From NCBI GenBank assembly GCA_907165135.1, contig OU015570.1:620001-684000 (forward strand): a DNA stretch of 64,000 nucleotides, written 5' to 3'. Positions within the stretch are counted from its first letter, which is position 1. Each line of letters opens with the position of its first letter. The notes beneath the pieces were generated by a model, which searched no databases, was not told where the DNA came from, and saw nothing but the letters and a program-made list of their open reading frames with translations. Source of the stretch: Oikopleura dioica. Taxonomy: Eukaryota; Animalia; Chordata. This document shows, in pieces, positions 49,500-60,058 of this stretch. A program made the position numbers and the translations under genes.

Positions 49500-51250
49500 T
49501 AAAATTGAATCAATAGTGGAAAAAATTGAAAGTCATGACCCAGAACTTGTCGAGTTAGTGATTAATGTGCAAGACGATCTCGTCAAGCAGCGAGAAACCA
49601 GTTACCGGCAGAGCCCTAGCCTCAAATTAGCCCTCACGAGACAAGGTATTGATAGTGACGATATGTCGACTGGTAATAAAGTCAGGCGGATACTTATCGC
49701 GCTTGAATGAAGGTGCGGTCAATAGGAGCCTGTCCAACCTTGCATTTCCGACTCAACACGCCTAGAACATCTTTACTTTGCTAAATGGTCTCGAGTGCAA
49801 TTTTCTAAAGATAAATTTTTCATCGAAACTTATTCACTCCGATGAATGCAGCGTCATGCTTAATGATACAAACGACCAAAATTTTAAAGCCTGGCGTCAA
49901 AGGAGTGAAATTCTTGAAGCTCCCGAATTCAAAGTAAAAAGGGCTCAATCACTGATGGTATGGGCTGTAGGACATAATTTCAAGTCAAAACTTATATTTT
50001 TTCTAGAAGAATCCAATCGAAATTTTAAAAGAAAAGTTAAAACCATTTATAAAACAGTTACTTGTGAGTCCTTAGAATATGAAAAAATAGTTTAAGAACC
50101 ATTTACCGTGGTTTTCCGTTTTAAGAGCGCCCACTTTAAGAGCGTTTTTGCGTATATTTTGAAAATGTTGTCATCTGCCAAAATTCCAGTTTAAGAGTGT
50201 TTTCGAAGATTTTTATTAATAATCAAAAAATTTTCAGACTTACAGTGAATCATTTATTTAAAAATTTTGAAATCTTCGACTGTTTTTCTGGCCATTTTGA
50301 AGTCGAATCATTCGCAGTGTCGGCACTCTCTATCTCTTGAACTTGAGGTTCCTCTTCAATCTCCATCGGGGTCGCGGCTCGTGTTTTATCGATTTGAAGC
50401 GCCAGAAAATGCTCGACCAGCTCTTCCTCGTCTTCTTTCTCCAGCAAACTTTCCAAAACATCCAAGTCCTCAAAATCTTTAACAGCTCCTTCGAATTCTT
50501 CCTCCTTGATCAGCCCAGTATTGATCCAAGAGCGCTTGAAGATTGCTGGATTCATGTTCATGAAGATTTCGTTCGCTTTGTTCACTAGACCTTCCTTCTT
50601 GATGTTCAGATGATCATAATCGACGATGAAATCGTAAAGAAAACATCGGATCTTTTTTTATTGTAATTGCAGAACACAAGGTTGACACCGGGAACAACAC
50701 ACCACTGTCATCCTACCTTGATTGAACAATTTCCAATATAAGAGCGATTTGAGCGAGGCCTGTCATCCAAAAAACGCTCTTAAAATGGAAAACCACGGTA
50801 TAGCAGAATTTGAAAATAAAGGCATGATAAAAAATAATAAACAAGCAGACAATTTTTTTTATAGGATGTAGCTCCATCCCATATTGCTTCGTCTTCTCTA
50901 GAATTTTTTGAGGAAAAATAGGCTTAGATCGGTGCATTACAAAAGTAAAGGCCTATAAAAAACCGCAAGATTTAGCAAAAAAAGCGCCTGCTACGTGGCC
51001 AGCGTCGTCCCCAGATTTGAATCCTTTAGATTATTCCCTTTGGAACTTGCTTAAAAGAAAAGAAAAATGATTCTAGGCAAACAGGGATATTTAAGAAATT
51101 TTGCGGAAGCGAAAAAAATTTTAAAACAAGCTTGAGATGAAATTCCTCAGGAGCAGATCAAATGAGTTTATGGCGCCTTTGAAAGATCATGCGAGGATAT
51201 AATTCGCGGTGATGGTCATTTTCGCGAAGGAAAAAAGCTCAATCGCGGAG
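49500..51250 (+). pseudogene. Second Tc1/mariner-superfamily transposase fossil with a nested pogo derivative
   Basis: VRRIL...LYFAKW...LIHSDE...SLMVWA, [insertion], DVAPSH...WPASSPDLNPLDYSLW...GDGHF. Many stops and frameshifts. Confidence 0.8.
50106..50798 (-). mobile_element. pogo/Tigger-like deletion derivative
   Basis: TA TSD; TIR CCGTGGTTTTCC(G/A)TTTTAAGAGCG. Internal ORF IFKRSWINTGL...acidic tract...KQSKISKFL resembles a pogo C-terminus with a PIP-box-like motif. Confidence 0.8.
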
Positions 51251-51302
51251 CAAAATAAACCTGACACAGGAAAATAATCCTGACACAGGTTTTCAACACA
51301 AG

Positions 51303-52334
51303 TTGCCGAGCCCACACAAGTTTTCCACTATCTCGAAGTTCTACGAAAAGTTGGACAGACATTCTTCATCAATGCCCATAAAAATAGATCAAAAAGATCT
51401 CAAGAAACTCATCAAATCTACCTCAAAAAATCTGAAAAATGCTAGAAAGCGAGCGACAAAAATGCTTTCAAACAAACAGGAGCTCGATGACTTTTTGGGT
51501 GGTTTGGACAGGCGTAAGCCAGTATATGAGCATTTTATGAATGGTATGAATTTGAACCTCGTTCAGAAAAAGACTGAGGAGAAGAAAAAGGCGAAAAATG
51601 CTTCTTCAAAAACTTCGGAAGAGCCTGATAGCGAGAAGCCAATTTGTGGCGACTCTGGAATTGATATCAAGGAAGAAAAAAATAACGCTGACCTGCTCGA
51701 TCGTTTGGAGAAAGCGGCTTGCCCCCCTGAAGAGCTGTCGAACTCGTCATCGATTCGAAGTGAGCCAAAGATAGTCGAGTTAGACGATGATGATGATGAT
51801 GATGAAACAAAACAAAGAGTTAGAAATCTCGACCGACAGTGGTTTTTGGGAGGAAAAGCGTATTTTCCTAAATTTGGAAAATTCAAATTGGACTAAGGGG
51901 CACTCGTTTTTTTGGACAATATCCGAAAATACCCGAAAGACCAGCTTCTACAACAAATTGGCAAGGAGGAAGTTCGCAATCGAGATCTGGAGTGTCTCGT
52001 AACAGATAATAAGATGGTTGTAGATAAAATTATCGACTGGATGATTTGTATATACAAACGATACAACTCATGCCATGGAATCGAAAATGTGACTTTTTTG
52101 GATTGCTATCAAAGTAAAATCATTTGCTCACATCAATCTCTCGAAAATACGGGGCTTCATCCGATCGATATCCAAAGAAAAATACTTGTCGCTCCCGTTC
52201 ATATCGCCACTAGCGAGCACTGGCTTACTGTGGTTTTTGATGATTCTGAGAAACAAGTCAAAATTCTGGACTCCTTGAACCGGAGATGCTATGGCGAAAT
52301 AATCCAAGGAATGTTTCAACTATTTGCCCTTTAA
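51303..52334 (+). pseudogene. Ulp1/SENP-like (peptidase C48) protease ORF with a basic/acidic N-terminal region
   Basis: The two track ORFs are one frame with a single stop at 51894. ILVAPVHIATSEHWLTVVFDDSEKQVKILDSLN is the C48 His-Trp / DSL region. Catalytic Cys not seen. Confidence 0.65.
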
Positions 52335-52890
52335 ATTGCTCTCTATTATTATTAATTGCTCGATCGCGACTTCAGAGGAAGTGGACATTAACGCTCTCGT
52401 GCGAACAGTGGAGAAGGCATACTTCCTGATCTCTCAGATATTTGGAGAGGAATTTACGCTGTTAGTCCACCTTAAAGGGTGGATGGACGCGGCTTCGCCA
52501 ACACGAGACCGAGGAGAAGCTTCGGTAGATGATCAGGTCAAAACATTGAGAGACATCATGTTCCCCAAAAAAGGGGAATTTATGATGTGCTCGGATAAAT
52601 ACACAACCTGGGGACTCGACATTATCGACAGAATAATCGAAGTTGAAACATCTTCTTTTGGGGAGAGCGTCGAAAGACACTAGCTCTGCCTAGTTAGACA
52701 GAGCGCTTCACGCTGACTCAAACTTGATGGATAAATACTCCTAAAAAGTATACATCGATCGAGGAATTCTTGGTTTTTCGTTCAGAAAAACTGCTACGAG
52801 TCAACCCCTGCAGGGGTTAGAGATGTACCAGAAGCTTGCTTTGAAACAAAGAGTAGTGGTTTCTCTACTACTACACCTTTGGTTTTCAGA

Positions 52891-55310
52891 ATGGAGTGGA
52901 CTCGAGATCGGGTTAAGAAGGACATGAATAAAAGAGTTAAAGACGGGGACTTTGGCCAAGCTCAAATGTGGAAAGATCTCTACGTTCCGTCTGCACCATC
53001 GTTTGTACAACCGGTCTTGTGGAAAGAAGATGAAGTGCCACCAAAGGATGGCGGAGAATGGAGTGACTGGATGAGCAGGGGCCAGACGATGTTCGACCTG
53101 GCTGTCAAGGCCGGAGACCCCAGCTTCAACCCAGAATGGGAAATGCTACGATTTCGGGAGGAAAAACACTTCTATTCGGGAAGTTTCCGCGATTTTCTCC
53201 AGTTGTGGCTCATCGTGATCAATGAACTGGAGCCACCGGAGAGGTCACGGGCATACTCGGTTCTCCAGAAAAGAGTGGATGTCTTCGAGAACCTCAAGAT
53301 GATTAGAATGGAGTCGCCTCAGAAGTTCAGGTCTAACACTAATATAGCGATGACTCACACTTACCATCTCTCGAATGAGAGGATTTTCCAGAAGGGAGAA
53401 ATGAGTCAAAGGGGTTTGGGCCAGCTCTCAGACTCAGACAAATACGACTCAGAAGGATGGCCAGCCCACCGGATGGTGAAAAGACCAATCCATATAGGGG
53501 GTAAACGGCACCACCTTCCTTTGAAGATTCGAAATTCAGGGAATATCACAGCTTGTCACGAGGATATCGTAGGCACTCTTCGGAAATGGACGGGCGCGAG
53601 GGCGCTGGTGTTGTTGCATCAAGCGGAAGAGGAGCCATTGATGACATCGGCGATGATTCTCGTCCCAAAAGGGGACGGATGGAGAGTCTGTTATGATGGC
53701 TCCCCACTCACGCTCTTGGAGTCTAAGAGCGTGAAATGTGTCCTGGATGACGTAAAAGAGGTAATGGCCACGATTGGCCACGGCTTTTCACCATCTACTG
53801 TTAGACCCGATGTCGAGTCGAATGGCAACAGTCACGTGGGGAAACCATAGGTTCGCATACAGGGCGGCGGCCTTTGGGATTCCACGCATTCCAAGCGAAT
53901 ATCAATTGATAAATGGATCCCCCATCAACTATCTCAGAAGGAGAGGTCATTTGATACTACTGTATCTTGACGATAGGTTGATCATAGAAAGGCCAGAATC
54001 CAGAAAGGAATACGACGACCTGGTCTCGGGGAGAAGAATCCCTAGCTTGCTATCTAGCTTGCGCGCTGGGCACCTTTATCCACAGGGAAAAGTCCACTTT
54101 TGTCCCAACTCACCGGCTGGAATTCCTGGGTTTCATTTTTGATACCAAGGAGATGACGATAGCGATCCCAAAGCCCAAATGGGAAAAGTTCCAGGCAGAA
54201 GTCAGATCAGTGTTACGAGGAAATCATGTGCACCAAAAAATCCTGGAACAGATCAGAGGGAAGTGCGTGCACTTTATGTACGTGGAGAGAAAGATGAGAC
54301 TGTTCATCAGAATCCAAAACGAGGCAATCAAGCTAGCGATCGACTCGGGCGACCCCATGATACCACTGAAGCCAGACCTGGTGACAGAGCTGCGGCGCTG
54401 GATTAGAAATGCATCCCCGAAAGAGACGAGATGGATCGAGACGGGCGTGGTCCACCTCAAAAAAGAGATCTTCAGAGAAGAAGACCTCAAAGAAAGACTT
54501 CTGGTCTACACTGACGCCTCCGGAGGAGCTGGGGGTCTCTGTGTGGAAAATCTGGGCGCAAAAGAGCCCTTCTACTGGCCAAAAGGCTTTGAAAACGAAG
54601 ACATCTTCATGAAAGAAGCTTATGCCATCTTGGTGTTACTCCAGCGCAAAGGATCGCTTCTCAAAAACAGGAGGGTCCTGATCAAATGCGACAACCAGGT
54701 AGTTTGCAGCGCTTTATACCACGGATCGCGTACAGGGAGACTTAACGAAATGGTGTTCCGTATTTATGAAGCGGCGGAGCGACACAATATTGAGCAACTT
54801 GCGGATGAACCGTCCAGGACCTTTGACTTCAATGAAAGTGAGATCACGGACGAGGCTTTCGACGAAATAACACGGGCGTGGAAGCGGAAATTCACTTTGG
54901 ATGCGTTCGCAACGAAAGAAAATGCTCGAACAGAAAGATATATCTCCCGATTTCTCGATGATCAAGCATGGGCATCGGACTTTTTCCGATTCACAAAGTG
55001 GAGGCGCAAGGAAGTAATATACGCTTTCCCCCCAAGAAAAATGGCCAGCATAGTCTTTCGATACTTGGAAGACTACGCCATGAGCATCCCATGGGCTTTG
55101 GTTGTGATCAAGTACGAGAGAACACCGATGGCAATCACGCTGGCAAAGAGGAGAGGTCTGAGGACCTTGAAGCTGAAATCAAAGGTGGCAGTTATTTCAC
55201 CTTCGCCTAAGAAAACGGAGGGGATGGGATACTACAAGCCGATCTCCGACGCGGCGACAGTTTGGGCCATTTTCAACGAGCCTAATCTGACAATCGGTAA
55301 TGGACGGTGA
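52891..55310 (+). pseudogene. pol: DIRS-type RT - RNase H - DNA adenine methyltransferase
   Basis: RVCYDG, AFHH, AAFG, YLDD, LGTFIHREKS...LEFLGF, VYTDAS, CDNQ, LDAFAT, YAFPP. Frameshifts near 53770 and 54055, plus short deletions. Confidence 0.92.
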
Positions 55311-55540
55311 ACTAGGTTAGAGCAGCGGCTTTTTTTCTTCTGTTGTTGCGCTAGGGGCTCGTACTTACAAGAAGTGCGGTCTCTTGCGGTTTTTTATCTG
55401 ACATATTCATCCCTGTTTTTCCATGTTCCCGAAGACCCGTGGAGGGATCTTTTCTTTAGACTTCAAAAGCAACATGTTGGTACATCTCTTGTATAAGACT
55501 CTGTCAGTGTTTTGAACTTTCGTTGTTCAGACGTTTCGAA

Positions 55541-56923
55541 ATGGATTTCGGAGAAGATCGAGAGATGGACTTGTTTACTCCGCCAGTGACGGACCGAAAG
55601 TCGGGTCTGAACCCTTACACGAGGTCGTCACTCCAGTCTAATTACGATCTGGACAAGGTGGTCAAGACCCAAATCGACCAGGGGACAGCTCAAAGAATCA
55701 TGCAGGCCAACCTGGCAGACCCTTTTCTAGGCCCTCTAATCCAAGAGAAGGGTCGCCTCCAAACGGAGTTAGATGAGGGTCGAGACTTGGTGGACCATTA
55801 TCGCCAGCAGGCGGCAAGAGCCAGAAACATCCATCTACTATACCGAAAAGCGGTTTTCCATAAGGAAAATAACTCTTTCCCTGTGGGTCAAGCTGGGGAC
55901 GACCTAAAGAAGTTCCTGGGGCTGAATGAGCCGGAGTTAGCCAAAAAGGCCAACGAAGCTCAATCGCGCTATGACAGTTTCTACAGCCAGAGGCAGTCGC
56001 TGACAAACTCTCTAAAGAGGGTTTCGACAGAAATTGAAGAAGTGGCGACACAACGGGCCATAAGAACGGCCACCAAAGAAGGGGATTTGTTTTACTTGCA
56101 CCAACGAAGAGCGTCTGGGATCAAGATGTCGACACTTCGATCCCAGGAGCAAGTGGGCAGCGAGTTTTTCCAAAAATTCAGCTCAGTGGAGAATCTGCTG
56201 AGTCTGGATAAGGATGACATGATCCCGATCACACGGGAGTTGCTGAAGACCACACCGATCGAGTTTATGGAAGATCGGTTGGTATTAAGCACTGCTTTGG
56301 AGAAACTCAGCACGGACTTTTCCCTAACGAGAATTGCTTTCGTGAGGATGATCTTCTCAGTTCTCACCCAGGAGTGCCAGGAGGAAGTCATCAAGACCTG
56401 GAAACAGCTGGTTATGGTGGAGGACAACCAAAAAAGGTTCGAACTCCCGATGAACGCGACAGCGAGGGAAGGTAGAGAGTACAAGCTCAACATCCACGCG
56501 AACCAGGAGAAAAAGAAACTGGTGAGAAACAAGGTCAAATTTGGCACGGCCACCGCGGAGGAAAAGAAATGGCTAAAAGGGATTGAGGCCAATGCAGCCA
56601 ACAAGGGCCAGCAACAGGGTGGCAATGAAAACAATAAGAACAAGAAAATCCGTAAACTCGGAAACGGATCCCAGAATGGTCAGAATTGGGCCAAAAAGCC
56701 CAATAACGGAGGCCAGGGAGAAGGTGGCGGAAATGGCAATCAGAACAACAAAAACAATAAGAACCGCCAGAACCAGGGTCAGAAAGACCAGAACAAGCCA
56801 GGAGGGAACAGAAATTTCAAAGGAAATGAGCCAAGAGCGCCCCCAGCCAAGGCTGAGCCTAAGAAAGAGCCCCGAACCTCTCATGAACCGCGTTTAGGGC
56901 ATCTCCACCCTGACTGTCCCTAG
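55541..56923 (+). CDS. Gag-like protein of the YR retroelement
   Basis: Long open ORF: coiled-coil-like N-half, N/G/Q/K-rich tail, terminal GHLHPDCP (half CCHC knuckle). Confidence 0.6.
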   Translation: MDFGEDREMDLFTPPVTDRKSGLNPYTRSSLQSNYDLDKVVKTQIDQGTAQRIMQANLADPFLGPLIQEKGRLQTELDEGRDLVDHYRQQAARARNIHLLYRKAVFHKENNSFPVGQAGDDLKKFLGLNEPELAKKANEAQSRYDSFYSQRQSLTNSLKRVSTEIEEVATQRAIRTATKEGDLFYLHQRRASGIKMSTLRSQEQVGSEFFQKFSSVENLLSLDKDDMIPITRELLKTTPIEFMEDRLVLSTALEKLSTDFSLTRIAFVRMIFSVLTQECQEEVIKTWKQLVMVEDNQKRFELPMNATAREGREYKLNIHANQEKKKLVRNKVKFGTATAEEKKWLKGIEANAANKGQQQGGNENNKNKKIRKLGNGSQNGQNWAKKPNNGGQGEGGGNGNQNNKNNKNRQNQGQKDQNKPGGNRNFKGNEPRAPPAKAEPKKEPRTSHEPRLGHLHPDCP

Positions 56924-57334
56924 AAAAGGGCTCCCGATCTTCACTTTCCGTACCACAAGGGTCACGAGAATTTGAAAATAAAAGGGGCCGAAAGGTCCAC
57001 ATTTTTGACCCGCCTAAGTTTCGGTCCACTGCAGTGGGCCATGAGAACAATCAGCGGATTGTTAGTGCTATTGTATTGGCGCAAGGTCACTTCCCAGAAA
57101 GGGTTGAGGCCTTGCGATCGTAATCCTGTGCATTCAGGCTATTTTTAAGTCACTGTTTAGCACCATGTAACCTTACAGTTTAATGTTATACATTATATTT
57201 ATCATTTCCTTTATTCTGTGGGAATACGCCCGTTCGAGGTGTATACCCTTCTGTATCTTCATATTCTTGCCTCATGGTGTTACATTCTAATTACACGTTT
57301 GAACGTTAGTGGTGCCTTACAATCTTCTTTTAGA

Positions 57335-59052
57335 CTGGCGCGCACGAAACACAACTCCAGGAAGACGGGAAGCTCTAGGGCTCCTCGTCAAAGCTCCACG
57401 ACGAAAAAGTCAACAAAGCCGTCGGGCAAAAGACCGAGGAAGGTCAACCCCCCTGCAGGGGCGGAAGACTGGTTCGAACACACGGCAGGCCCAGACAGGG
57501 ACTTTGAGGACGACGATGATGAACCGTGCTCGGAACACGTCTGGACAGACGATAACATCCGAGCCGCCGTGGCTCAGATTGTTTCGGAAAACAGACAGTC
57601 TACAATGGAAGAAATAACGGATGTTTTCCTGGCTTGGGTTGACAAGTGGGTGGCCCCCCGAACAAGCCGAATCGTTTCGAGCACTGGCGCACGGTAATCC
57701 GAATGGCCCTTGACAAGGAATGTAAAGGGGGATTGTCGTCGTCAGTTCGCAGCAAGATCATTAATTGGTCAAAGAGACGGGCAAAAATTGAAGCTGGAAA
57801 GAAGCTCCACGAGCCCACTCAAGCAGAGCGCTTTCAGATGAAGGACATGGTGGAGCTCTGGTCTTTCCTTCTCAGTTCGGAGAAGCCGGTGAGAAGGGAA
57901 GCGGCTCTTTACAGCATCAAAACGTTTTTCACGGGGGCCCGTAGGTGTGAAGTCGGAAAACTCATGGTTGAAGACTGCAGAGAGTCTTCTAGTGGGGCCC
58001 TTATTCTTCCAATCAGGGAGAGCAAAACAAATGTCTTTAAGAACATACCAGAACGCCGAACGCTGGTGTGTAGAGAAGATTGCCCTATCGATATTAAGGC
58101 TCTTTTCTATGAGGTCAAAGGAGAGAGAAAAGAAGGGCGTCTTTTCCAGGCTTGTAGAAACAGAAGAACACTCTGTTACTACTACGCTAAGTCCAGTAAG
58201 TACCTGGGCTGGTCGCGTACCCCTTCGGGCCATTCAGGCCGTACCACTGCCATCACCATGGGGATCGCCGCAGGTATTTCGCGTGAGGATTTGAGCATTA
58301 TGTTCAGATGGGCAGAAGGTTCCGAGATGTACAGAAGGTACAGATCGGTCTCGGTGGAAGACAGCGCCTTAGGAGCCCCGGCCATGATGGCTAGAGCGTT
58401 GGTTTCATCCTTAGGGGAGGGACCGTCGGGTACGGCTCTCCTCGTAAACAAGGAGGAATGCAAGGATTCCAGAGTCGATGGAGGATGGTATAAGAGGGAG
58501 ATACAAGATCTCCAAAAGAACCTTGAGCTGATGTCGTGCACGGGCATTCCTGGTGCGAAAGAGAGTGTCGAAGCGATCAAGCGTCTTCACCCTAATCCTG
58601 GGCCAAAAGAGCCCCCGCCAAAGACTCGAGTGTTGGTGGAAAAACAGCCCCTTCAGGGACTGATTGCTCCGCCTGACAAAGAACGGCCTGAGACAAAGTT
58701 CGACGACCAATTGATTGGGGTTTCGGATTCTCAGAAAGAGAATAGCGCCTACAAGAGTGCTGAAGCGATGCTTTCCCAATGGGAACAAGAATCGCTCCCC
58801 CCTTTCGTTAGGAGAAGGCTTGACGCTCTGTCCCGTCCTGTAACTCGAGTAGGGCGCGAAACCCCAAGTCTTCCTCTCCCCACCTCCTCGAGCTCAGAAG
58901 AGTCTGTTGGAGGGTGGAGCGCAGAGGGGAGGAGCTCTGTAAGGCCCTCCGCAAGTAAGAACCCTTTCTTACGGGACTTCGTGGCAGCGACTACGGAAAA
59001 ACAGGAAGAACCCTTGGATAATGAGGTGGGAACTCATCCCCTAATGGCATGA
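57335..59052 (+). pseudogene. Tyrosine recombinase with N-terminal histone H3-tail-like segment
   Basis: FFTGARRCE (R), SGHSGRTT (HxxR), RW...MYRRY (W/Y). The upstream frame starting CTG-GCG-CGC-ACG-AAA joins through a one-base frameshift near 57670. Confidence 0.85.
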
Positions 59053-59691
59053 ACTATCAATCTTTGATTTAGGTTTGATCGCTGCGGTCGGTCTACGCTT
59101 CACGCCCCCCGTCGTTTTTCCTTCTCCTGTCTTTTTTATATTTACCCGTAATAAAACTCATTCTTGAGATTTTCATTACCCTCCAGTAACGGACTTACCC
59201 CTGTTTGGTGATAGTCCGAGGAGAGATTGTCTGAGGCTTCTGTTAATACAGAGCTAGTTTTCTTATTAGCATCAGGTCTTACGACCAATTTATCTCGTTG
59301 CATAGGTATGTCGCATTATAGCTTTAGCAGACTTATCCCGGATGGGTGGCTATATTGTTAGATTTCTCGCTGTTTTTGCAGTTAGAGGAGCTTTTTGCAC
59401 GAGCCCTGACCTGCTTCCACGAGTATTTAGGAGGTGAAAGCGTAGCTTCTTATCACTCGGTTTGGTTCAGAAGTCCAGGGAACTCTTTCGGTTTCCTCAG
59501 AAAGAGGTTTGTCGCGTAGTAGACTAGTCTCCGCCGACCAAGTCCATGACACCACCCTTTGAGGCACAATCTCTAGGAAAATTGATGCAACCTAGAGGGT
59601 CTCCTGGTCATGGCCAGCATTGAGTACGATTTTATCAATAAATGATAGAACAATATGCACGCCCTGAGGCGCGCGGCGCCGATTAAATTCA

Positions 59692-60058
59692 GGTTGTAAG
59701 CGGTCATGTGGGTATTTATACCAACGTTCAGTGATTTCTCGAACGAAGGTATTCATACCCACGTTCGCTAAAATGTCCGAATGCGGGTATAAATACCCAC
59801 GAATTTTCAAGTTACAGCTATAAAATGAACCTTTTTGTACGTCCGGAAATCGGTGTGTTTCCCGCCTTCATCGAAACAGATGAGGCTCTAGAACAGAACT
59901 GTTTTCAAAAAGCCTGGAAAATACCCACGTTCGCCAGTAAGTGTGAACGTGGGTATCGAATACCCATGTTCGGAAGAAAGAGTGAACGTGGGTATAAATA
60001 CCCACGTTCGGGGGGAACAGTGAACGCGGGTATAATACCCACATGACCGCATACCACC
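59692..60058. mobile_element. GG-terminal MITE with 8-bp TSD
   Basis: TSD TAAATTCA at 59684-59691 and 60059-60066; ends GGTTGTAAGCGGTCATGTGGGTAT / ATACCCACATGACCGCATACCACC. Confidence 0.9.

Noticed and set aside
57335-57697. Histone H3 or CENP-A gene
   Set aside because: Similarity stops after the tail; there is no histone-fold sequence.
51250-59600. Terminal ITR/ICR or split direct repeats of the YR element
   Set aside because: Only a 10-bp match (CGCTTCACGC at ~52703 and ~59096) was found by eye, which is not enough to define ends.
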